Assembly: GCA_041287245.1 (NCBI GenBank)
Contig: JBEULP010000062.1
Location: 1 to 64,000, forward strand
DNA from: Infirmifilum sp.
Lineage (GTDB): Archaea; Thermoproteota; Thermoprotei; Thermofilales; Thermofilaceae
Reading direction: 5' to 3'
DNA: 64,000 bases
Shown piece by piece: positions 9,092-17,168 of the stretch (positions are counted from its first letter, which is position 1; every line of letters begins with the position of its first letter). The notes under the pieces are model-generated. The model searched no databases, was not told the origin of the DNA, and worked only from the letters and a program-made list of their open reading frames with translations. The position numbers and the translations under genes were made by a program.

Positions 9092-10870
9092 ATGAACACA
9101 ACAAAAAAAGTTATTTTTATCTTGGCTACTATCCTCGCAATGGTTCTCGGTTCTTGGCTTGCCTATATGGTTACGAGTAGCTTTGGCTATGTGACGGTTC
9201 AGGATATACGATTCTATGGCCCTAACAGTGAGGTAATCTCCGCGCATCTCTATGTACCTGCAGACGCGACCGCTCAAAATCCAGCTCCAGGTATTCTGGC
9301 GATTCACGGGTATAATAACCAGAAGGAGTACATGGCTAATACTGCGCTAGAATTGGCCCGTAGGGGGTATGTTGTTCTAGCGATAGATATGACTGGCCAC
9401 GGCTTCTCCGAGGGAGCTGTAGGCTCTTTCTCGTACGGGGCAGTAGCAGGGCTGAACTACCTTCGATCCCTAGCCTACGTCGACAAGAACAACATAGGAC
9501 TTGTAGGTATGTCGATGGGTGGCTGGGCGATACAGGCGGCGGCTCTTGCTGTCCCAGATGGCTACAAGTCAATGTTCTATATGGATTCCTATGTCCTGCC
9601 TCCAACACTCGCGCCAAGGCTGAAGAACGTTGCAATTCAGATGTCCTTTGCGGATGAATTTACTCCCTATTGGCTTCAGGTGCCTACGGGGCGTGATATA
9701 CCTAAGTCTCCTGTGCTGAAGATCATTTTCAATGTTACGGAGGACATTGTCCCCGGAAAGGTCTATGGGGATATATCTAAGGGAACGGCGAGGATTCTCT
9801 ATGAACCCTATATTGACCACGCCGCCTCTACTGATGATCCTGTGAGCATTGGTAATGTTGTCGAGTGGATGGGGATGACGCTCCAAGGCGGGAAGAATAT
9901 CCCTCGGGATAACATGATCTTTCCGTTGAAGCAGCTCTTTACCAGTATTGCCTTCATCGCTGCAATTGCATTTATTTTTATATTTGGGTCTTTCTTGCTT
10001 GACCTAAGGTTCTTCCAGGATCTTGTGTCTCAGCCTGCAGAGTACAAGGGCTTCACAGGAGTTAGCTACTGGGTCGCCGCCCTGATAACCACAGCTCTAG
10101 GGCCCCTCCTATTCTTGCCTACCTTCATTGAGTGGGGCATGAATACGTTGCTTATCAACGAGATTACCCCGCAAGCGCCGACTAACAGATACGTGATTTG
10201 GATGGACACAGTTGCGGTGGTAACTGTTGCGCTGCTTCTATTGTTCTACTATCTCACCTTGAAGAAGAAGGGGTTCACAGTTGAGAATACTGGCCTAAAG
10301 CTGCCCTTTGAGAAGATACTTAAGAGTTTCTTGTTTGCTGCTGTCACACTAGCACCTGTTTACGTGATCCTGGCCTACTGTTATGCCGTCTTTAGAGTGC
10401 CGTTCACTTTGGCTGGTCTCCCAGAGCCCATCGTCCTAAGGCCAATGAGCCTTGTTCGATTCAGCTTCATGGCTTCGTATTTCCTTCCGTTTCTTTTCTA
10501 CTATTTGGTAATAGCTGTGCTGTTCTATGGCTTCATGAGATATAGAGAGGGTAAGGTAAGCGTGGTGAAGGAGATATTGATAAATTCCATAATTATCTCT
10601 GCAGGCTCCGTCGTCTTCCTTCTTTACTATTACTTGCCTCTTTACCTCGGGATGCCTCAGACGCTTAGCTGGAGCTATGTCTTTGGAGGTGTACCCTTGG
10701 CCATGATATATTACATTGTTGTACCAATAATCAGTATTATAACAGTCGCGATCATCACTTTCTTCAACCGTAAAACTGGGAGTGTCTGGACAGGAGCTTT
10801 CATAGCTGCTCTGCTTATCACGTGGTACAATGTTGCCTTTGCAGCATTCCACGTTCCAATGCCCCCTTAA
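9092..10870 (+). CDS. Membrane alpha/beta hydrolase, same architecture as the upstream gene
   Basis: HGYNN, DMTGHG, GMSMGG, ADEF, IDHA; many TM helices in the C-terminal half. Confidence 0.82.
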   Translation: MNTTKKVIFILATILAMVLGSWLAYMVTSSFGYVTVQDIRFYGPNSEVISAHLYVPADATAQNPAPGILAIHGYNNQKEYMANTALELARRGYVVLAIDMTGHGFSEGAVGSFSYGAVAGLNYLRSLAYVDKNNIGLVGMSMGGWAIQAAALAVPDGYKSMFYMDSYVLPPTLAPRLKNVAIQMSFADEFTPYWLQVPTGRDIPKSPVLKIIFNVTEDIVPGKVYGDISKGTARILYEPYIDHAASTDDPVSIGNVVEWMGMTLQGGKNIPRDNMIFPLKQLFTSIAFIAAIAFIFIFGSFLLDLRFFQDLVSQPAEYKGFTGVSYWVAALITTALGPLLFLPTFIEWGMNTLLINEITPQAPTNRYVIWMDTVAVVTVALLLLFYYLTLKKKGFTVENTGLKLPFEKILKSFLFAAVTLAPVYVILAYCYAVFRVPFTLAGLPEPIVLRPMSLVRFSFMASYFLPFLFYYLVIAVLFYGFMRYREGKVSVVKEILINSIIISAGSVVFLLYYYLPLYLGMPQTLSWSYVFGGVPLAMIYYIVVPIISIITVAIITFFNRKTGSVWTGAFIAALLITWYNVAFAAFHVPMPP

Positions 10871-10991
10871 AAATGTTTTTTCTTTTAAGTAATACTCAGT
10901 TCTCCGAATTTTAAAAGAGGGAATATCTGTTTATCTGAATATCATTATCCTTTTTATAAGAATATTTGCCGGAAAATATAAGTTAGACACA

Positions 10992-12395
10992 ATGATGATA
11001 CTCTTTGTGGCTGAAGGTTTCTACGATGTGGCTGTAGCGGGGGGTGGCGTTGTCGGGTTGATGACTGCCTACCGCTTGGCGCACTACGACTTGAAAGTTG
11101 TTGTCTTCGAGGCTAACCCCGAGCCTGGCTGGGGGGTCTCGAAGGCCCATGCGGCTGTGGTGCACGTGGTGCAGATGCCCTTCAGCTCGGTGAAGAGCAG
11201 GATGGCGCGGGAGGGTAACAGGAAGATTGAGGAGGTTTGCCGTAGCCTAGGCGTGCGTCTCCAGCGTACAAGCTCGCTTGTAGTCGCCACGAAGTTGCAC
11301 CATTTCCTCGCTCTCCCGTTCGTAGCTTTATACTTGCGTCTCAACCTAGGGAAGGATTTCCCAGTGAAGTTGCGGGGTAGAGGCTGGCTCAGGAGGGAGG
11401 AGCCCGCGCTGACCAAGAAGGCGTTGGGGGCGGTCGAGGTGGAGGGCTACGGGCTTGTTGACAACTTCGACCTCCTCTACGGCTTGTATGAGTTCGCCAG
11501 GCTTAACGGGGTGGAGTTCCGCTTCTCTGAGAGAGTCACCGGCGTCGAGGCGCAGGGAGACTATGTGGTCGTCACGACTTCTAGTGGCGTTTACAAGGCG
11601 AGGTTCTTCGTGAATGCTGCGGGCCTATGGGCAGACGAGATAGCGAAGAAGACCGGGGATGATATAGAGTTCGAGCTAGGAAAGGGCGTGTTATTAGTCT
11701 TCGATAAGAAGGCTACGAAGAGGTTCGTCGCGCCTATGTACCTCAAGCCGGATCCGAAGACGAAGGGCGGCGCCATAATGTTCACGGTGGATGGGCACGG
11801 CTTGTGGGGTCCAAACCTCAGGCCTGCTAGGGATAAGTCCGACACATCCGCAGACGAGGAGGACATTGAAGCGCTACTCGGGAAGTTCTCGCCTCTCTTG
11901 GAAGGAGACCCTGGTATACCCTTAAAGGCATATGCAGGAATTCGCCCCATACCTCCGGAGAACGACTTCAGGATAACATACTCGAGGGTGTCTAAGCGCA
12001 TTGTACACCTCTTGGGCACCGAGTCCCCTGGGTTCACAGCTTCTCCTGTAATAGCCGAGAGGGCTATCACAATGCTGCGCGACGCAGGCCTCGAGCTGAA
12101 GCCTAAGAAGGTAGCTCCTAGGCAGCCATTCCCGAGGCTCAGGGATAATCCGAAGAGCGGGAAGGGTAGGGTCATCTGCCCCTGCCATCTCGTCACCGAG
12201 GAGGAGGTCAGAGAGGCTGTCCGCAGGGGATCGAGGACACTCCAAGGGGTGATGTTTCGAACGGGTGTGGGGATGGGAGTGTGCCAGGGTTCACGCTGCC
12301 TCGCCGAGGTACTGAGGATTATGGCTGATGAGATGGGTGTGCCTGTTGAGCAGATTACGCTGAGGGGTGAGGGCACGTGGCTGGTCAGGAAGTAG
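10992..12395 (+). CDS. FAD-dependent glycerol-3-phosphate dehydrogenase-like oxidoreductase (GlpA/LhgO type) with C-terminal BFD-like [2Fe-2S] domain
   Basis: GGGVVG, NAAGLWAD, TKGG, CPC...GMGVCQGSRC. Confidence 0.8.
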   Translation: MMILFVAEGFYDVAVAGGGVVGLMTAYRLAHYDLKVVVFEANPEPGWGVSKAHAAVVHVVQMPFSSVKSRMAREGNRKIEEVCRSLGVRLQRTSSLVVATKLHHFLALPFVALYLRLNLGKDFPVKLRGRGWLRREEPALTKKALGAVEVEGYGLVDNFDLLYGLYEFARLNGVEFRFSERVTGVEAQGDYVVVTTSSGVYKARFFVNAAGLWADEIAKKTGDDIEFELGKGVLLVFDKKATKRFVAPMYLKPDPKTKGGAIMFTVDGHGLWGPNLRPARDKSDTSADEEDIEALLGKFSPLLEGDPGIPLKAYAGIRPIPPENDFRITYSRVSKRIVHLLGTESPGFTASPVIAERAITMLRDAGLELKPKKVAPRQPFPRLRDNPKSGKGRVICPCHLVTEEEVREAVRRGSRTLQGVMFRTGVGMGVCQGSRCLAEVLRIMADEMGVPVEQITLRGEGTWLVRK

Positions 12396-13333
12396 TTGTC
12401 GTTGGCGGAGGCCTCTCAGGCCTCTCCCTGGCTGCGGAGCTCGGCAATGCTATTGTGGTGGAGACGAGGGACAATGTGGGTGGCTTCTTCGCAAATGACG
12501 AGCTGCCTGTTAACGGTGTGGCTGGTCGCCAGCTTGTCCAGTCACTCGCCTCTAAGGTTAAAGCGCTTACAAGGCTTACTGCGTTCCAGGTGGAGCAGGG
12601 GGGCGTGTGGGTAGTAGGGGAGGAAGGGGCAAAGCTGCTCAGAGGTCTGGTGGTAGGCGCGACGGGTTTCAGAGAGAAGACGGCGGTTGAGCTCGGGATA
12701 ACAGGCTATAGGCCTGCCGGGATGTGGTACTTGACTGCTGCCTGGGATCTGGTCAACATGGGGTACTCGCTTGGTAGCAGCGTGCTGGTCTACGGGCTAA
12801 ACCACTTCTCTCTCGCGCTTGTACAGAAGCTGCGCGGAAAGGCTGACCGAGTGTACATAGCCTACGATGAGCCTTCGCTGGTACACGCGCCCGAGGTGGC
12901 GGTGGAGATGGGCGCGGAGGTTTTGAAGGGTAGGGTTAAGCGTATCGAGGGATTAAGTAGGGTTGAGAGGGTTAAGGGGGTGTTCGGGGAGCTGAGGGTA
13001 GATTCCCTCGTCCTAGCGGTGCCGGCGCCATGGAACCCCCTTGGCTCCGAGATGCTAGCTGGAAACGCCGCAATAGTCATAGAGGATCCCTCCAGGGTGG
13101 TTGAGCTCTCAAGGATAATTGCCCAGTCCTTGAGGGCTGGGGGCGAGGCTGCGGAGGTTCTTTCAAGCGCACCTGTATACCCGAGACGGGTTCCGTGGAG
13201 CGTCGGTAGAACAATGGTTGCAGCGCCGAGGGGTGCCAGGATAAGGATAGGTGACAGGGTCGTGGAGGCCGAGGAGCCCTACCCTGTGGTTGAAGTGCCT
13301 CGTGAGAGGAAAGTACGCATAGAGGTCGTTTAG
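12377..13333 (+). CDS. FAD/NAD(P)-binding oxidoreductase, probable partner subunit of the GlpA-like enzyme
   Basis: GGGLSG, ATGFRE, GITGYRPAG; overlaps the upstream gene. Confidence 0.7.
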   Translation: MAGQEVVVVGGGLSGLSLAAELGNAIVVETRDNVGGFFANDELPVNGVAGRQLVQSLASKVKALTRLTAFQVEQGGVWVVGEEGAKLLRGLVVGATGFREKTAVELGITGYRPAGMWYLTAAWDLVNMGYSLGSSVLVYGLNHFSLALVQKLRGKADRVYIAYDEPSLVHAPEVAVEMGAEVLKGRVKRIEGLSRVERVKGVFGELRVDSLVLAVPAPWNPLGSEMLAGNAAIVIEDPSRVVELSRIIAQSLRAGGEAAEVLSSAPVYPRRVPWSVGRTMVAAPRGARIRIGDRVVEAEEPYPVVEVPRERKVRIEVV

Positions 13334-13335
13334 CC

Positions 13336-14778
13336 GTGTACGCCGTCATCGACGTAGGCACGACTGGCGTAAAACTCGCTGTCTACAACGAAAATCTCCA
13401 ACGTGTACACATCGAGAGGGTGGAGCTAGGCTTCGAGCGTACCGGGCAAGGCTTCGTTGAGCAGAGCAGCTCTAAGCTGGCAGAGGTGGTGGAGGGCTTC
13501 GCGGGGAAGGCCAGGCTTATGGGGGCCAGGAAGCTAGGGCTTAGCACCTACCGTGCCTCTGTTCTCGCCTGGGCGAGGAACGGAACTCCAATCACCAACG
13601 TCGTCACGTGGATAGACGGGCGTGGACGCGAAGTAGTCGAAAAGCTACCGGCCTACGCCAAGACCCTCAGAAGGATTAGCGGCGCTCTAAACCAGATTCT
13701 AAGCCCCGACTCTCCAGCCGTCCTCATGAGGTGGATCCTAGACCACACGCCAGGCCTAAGGGAGAAGGTTGTAAGCGGAGACGCATTCCTCTGGACGCTA
13801 GACGCATTCCTAGCCTACCGTCTCACGGGCAGGTTTTTCTCGGACGCTACTAACGCGACTCTCACAGGGCTGGTCCACCCGAAGACAATCCAGGAGGTGG
13901 ACATAGTCTTCAGCATCCTGGGGCTCCCACGGGCCTTGCCGGAGATCACGGACAACGTTCACGAGTTCGGATCGTTCGAGGGGCTCGAGGTAGCAGCCCT
14001 GATAGCTGATCAACAGGCAGCCTCTGTCGCGGTCGGTGCTCTTGAGAGGGGAAGGGTAGAGAGCGTTCACGGCACCGGCTCCTTCGTCGAGCAGTGCACC
14101 GGCGAGTTCAAGATGGTGGGCGGTGGGCTCGTACCCCTCATCATACTCAGCCTCGACGGTGCTAGGGTCTACGGCGTTGAGGGCTTTATCAGGACTACAG
14201 GATCCGTGGTGGAGTGGCTCCGCCGGGCAGGCTTCTTCGACAGTTACGAGGAGATGGAGTCGCTGGCCTCCCAAGGCAGCAGGGGGGTTTTGGTTGTGCC
14301 GTCGTTCGGCGGCTTCAGGATTCCGCGGGCACCGCAGCTTAGAGGAATAATAACTGGGCTTAGCCTAGGCACGGGCCGGGCAGACATTGTATCGGGGCTG
14401 GCCTGGGGGGTAGCGTTACACATAGCCCTGATACTAGATAAGATTGGAAGGCGTGTGGGTGCCCCTGTAGAACCTCTCTGGGCCTCAGGAGGCTACTCAA
14501 AGTCTAACACCTTCCTCCAAGTGCTATCTGATGCTACAGGAATGCGGGTGGCACGCCCCCTGGATGTGGAGTCCAGTGCCCGCGGCGTCGCGAAGCTTCT
14601 GCTACTAGCCGACGGAAAACTCTCCAGGAGAGAGCTGGCTGAATCACCCCCCGTGGAGCGTCTTTTCGAGCCTCGCATCGGTGAGGCTAAACGGAGAGAG
14701 CTAGTCGGTAGTTATGAAAAGTTTTTAGAGGTGGTGGGGAAGTGGGAAATGTTGCAGGTTCTAAGGGGGAGTTTCTAA
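13336..14778 (+). CDS. FGGY-family carbohydrate kinase (glycerol kinase-like)
   Basis: IDVGTTGVK, SDATNA, ADQQAA, GTGSF. Confidence 0.85.
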   Translation: MYAVIDVGTTGVKLAVYNENLQRVHIERVELGFERTGQGFVEQSSSKLAEVVEGFAGKARLMGARKLGLSTYRASVLAWARNGTPITNVVTWIDGRGREVVEKLPAYAKTLRRISGALNQILSPDSPAVLMRWILDHTPGLREKVVSGDAFLWTLDAFLAYRLTGRFFSDATNATLTGLVHPKTIQEVDIVFSILGLPRALPEITDNVHEFGSFEGLEVAALIADQQAASVAVGALERGRVESVHGTGSFVEQCTGEFKMVGGGLVPLIILSLDGARVYGVEGFIRTTGSVVEWLRRAGFFDSYEEMESLASQGSRGVLVVPSFGGFRIPRAPQLRGIITGLSLGTGRADIVSGLAWGVALHIALILDKIGRRVGAPVEPLWASGGYSKSNTFLQVLSDATGMRVARPLDVESSARGVAKLLLLADGKLSRRELAESPPVERLFEPRIGEAKRRELVGSYEKFLEVVGKWEMLQVLRGSF

Positions 14779-16139
14779 GGAAGGTTGAGGAGCTGCTGCC
14801 CGGTAGAGTGGCTCTAGACGCGGAGACTTTGAGATTATACAGCCGCGACTACTGGCCCTTGGCCCTGCTTAAGGAGGTCAGGGGTGAGCCGCTGCCAAAG
14901 CCGCTTGCCGTAGCATGGCCCGAGAGCACCGAGGAGGTCGCCAAGCTGGTTAAACTTTGCAACGAGTATAAGGTTCCCTTCGTGCCCTACGCGGGCGGCT
15001 CTGGCGTCATTGGCGGCACGATGTGCGAGGGCTGCCTCGTCGTCGACGTCAAGAGGATGAACAAGGTGCTCAGCTTCTCTGAGGAGGACGCTATAGTCGT
15101 CGTAGAAGCAGGCATGCTGCTGAGGAAGCTAGAGGAGTACCTAAACGAGAGGGGCTTCACGCTTAGACATGTCCCCCAATCTTTCCCCGAAGCGGCGCTA
15201 GGCGGCTTAATCGCCACTATGAGCACAGGTCAGTACAGCACGAAGTACGGCGGAATAGAGGAGCTTGTGCTGGACCTGGAGGTCGTCTCGCCCGACGGGG
15301 AGGTTATACCGATGCGGAGGAACATTGTACCGCGAGCGGCAACCGGTCCTGACTTCAAGCGCATGTTAATAGGGAGTGAGGGCCAGCTCGGCATAATCAC
15401 CAAGGCGGCGCTTAAGGTTTTTCCGCTTCCCCGGCATGAGTGGAGGATGGCCTACGCTTTTCCAAGCTTCGAGTCGGGTCTAAAGGCGATGCGGGAGGTC
15501 ATGCTCTCATGGGTGACGCCCGCAGTGGCAAGGTTGTACGACAAGGATGACAGTGCTGCCCGCTTTCACGACCCGAGGGATATACTCCTCTTGATCGTCG
15601 AGGAATCCGAGGAGGAGTTGTTGCGTGCAAAGGTGTCCATTATCGAGAGGATAGTCGCCCGTCACGGTGGTTCGCGGGTCGGCGAGGAGTACGTGGAGAA
15701 GTGGCTGAGGACCAGGTTCGACGTTATCAGCGAGCTCAAGAAGCTGGTTGTCCCCCTGAACCTGTGGTTCGACACCATCGAGACTGCTGCGACGTGGAGC
15801 AGGCTTCCAGCTGTATACTTCGAGTTTAAAAGGCGTGTCAAGGACGTGGACGGGGTATACGCTGTTCTCGCTCATGCCTCGCACTTCTACACGACGGGGG
15901 CGTGCATCTACTTCACTCTAACATACGAGGCAAGCGAGGAAGTATACTGGCGGATGTGGAGGGAGGCAATGAAGACTCTACTTGAAACGGGTGCTACGAT
16001 CAGCCACCACCACGGCGTCGGCCTTCTACGGCGTGAGTGGGTCTCGGAGGAGATAGGCAACGCTCTCGAATACTTCAGGAGGGTAAAGAAGGCATGGGAT
16101 CCTCAGGGCTTGAGCAACCCCGGTAAGTGGCTCGGGTGA
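14742..16139 (+). CDS. FAD-binding oxidoreductase, alkyl-dihydroxyacetonephosphate synthase-like
   Basis: YAGGSGV, HVPQS, GQYSTKYG, GSEGQLG, HFYTTGACIYFT, ISHHHGVG. Confidence 0.8.
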   Translation: MGNVAGSKGEFLRKVEELLPGRVALDAETLRLYSRDYWPLALLKEVRGEPLPKPLAVAWPESTEEVAKLVKLCNEYKVPFVPYAGGSGVIGGTMCEGCLVVDVKRMNKVLSFSEEDAIVVVEAGMLLRKLEEYLNERGFTLRHVPQSFPEAALGGLIATMSTGQYSTKYGGIEELVLDLEVVSPDGEVIPMRRNIVPRAATGPDFKRMLIGSEGQLGIITKAALKVFPLPRHEWRMAYAFPSFESGLKAMREVMLSWVTPAVARLYDKDDSAARFHDPRDILLLIVEESEEELLRAKVSIIERIVARHGGSRVGEEYVEKWLRTRFDVISELKKLVVPLNLWFDTIETAATWSRLPAVYFEFKRRVKDVDGVYAVLAHASHFYTTGACIYFTLTYEASEEVYWRMWREAMKTLLETGATISHHHGVGLLRREWVSEEIGNALEYFRRVKKAWDPQGLSNPGKWLG

Positions 16140-16145
16140 ACAGGC

Positions 16146-16919
16146 TTGGTCAGCCTAACTGTCCTAAGAGCCATCAAGCTTACACCCAGCCTCGTTGCAC
16201 GTTTCGCCTTGCTCCCGGTTAGGAAGGTTAGGAACCCCTGTCTCTACTGCCCGGGGATTTGCCTAGCCTCTTGCCCTACTTTCCTCGAGAGCGGGAGCAT
16301 GCTGTTAAGCCCCCTAGGCTATTCTCGCAACCCAGTCTTGGGTTTAGAGAAGTGTGCAAAGTGTTGGCGCTGCGTCCAGGAATGCCCCTTAGAGTTCCCG
16401 CTACCTGAGACATACACGCGCAGCTCCACCCGCGTCTACATGAAAACAGTCAAGGAGGGGAGTCCACTCCTAGTAGCTGTCGAAGGGCTAGATGTCGAGT
16501 ACGCGGAGCAGCTTGCCGAAAAGCTAAAAGCAGGCGTAGCCGTCGTAAGCGGCTTAGAGGCCAGGTACATTGGAGGACAGCGCCTAGAACCTAAATCCGC
16601 GAAAAAAGTCTCCAACTTCCTTGCAGGCCGCGATGCTTACGCTCTCTCTCCGGAAGCCTCGCATGCTCTGGGGATTGAATTTCTCCCAGAAGTCCTCCCA
16701 AGGCTTGGCTTTAAGGTTAAATACGAAGGTCCCGTCCACATCCCCTGCCTCCTTAGAAGGAGGGAGCAAAGCATTCTTGATTCTCTAGCGTCCGCTGGGG
16801 CAAGGATTACTTCTGTAGACCGGGACAGTTGCTTGAAGGTCAAGCCTCGAGGCGGCGTGCTATATCTTTGTCCCCGTGCCCGCTTCCTAGGCGTTAAAAA
16901 CCTTTACGACATCCTCTAG
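16146..16919 (+). CDS. Fe-S oxidoreductase subunit (GlpC/HdrC-like, two Cys clusters)
   Basis: CLYCPGICLASCP and CAKCWRCVQECP. Confidence 0.7.
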   Translation: MVSLTVLRAIKLTPSLVARFALLPVRKVRNPCLYCPGICLASCPTFLESGSMLLSPLGYSRNPVLGLEKCAKCWRCVQECPLEFPLPETYTRSSTRVYMKTVKEGSPLLVAVEGLDVEYAEQLAEKLKAGVAVVSGLEARYIGGQRLEPKSAKKVSNFLAGRDAYALSPEASHALGIEFLPEVLPRLGFKVKYEGPVHIPCLLRRREQSILDSLASAGARITSVDRDSCLKVKPRGGVLYLCPRARFLGVKNLYDIL

Positions 16920-17168
16920 AGCCACACTTTTTTACCAATGTATATTTTTGTATTTTATTCTGAGAGTTTTATGTTTTGGGAGAAGTTTCTATGCAGAATC
17001 TCTCGAGGATGGTAGCGGCTGTATTGGATCGAACGTCCAAGGAGAGGGGTTCAACTGTTACGTGGGCCTTAGAGGTGGGAGCCTCTTAGAAGATTATCAA
17101 CCCCTATCATCAGTTTAGATGAGGGGCTAAACCTTTTTACTACCCCCTTTTCCTTTTCGTTTGAGAGT

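Noticed and set aside
16990..17110. Possible epimerase N-terminal remnant (DGSGCIGSNV)
   Set aside because: The match is too short to support without a search.
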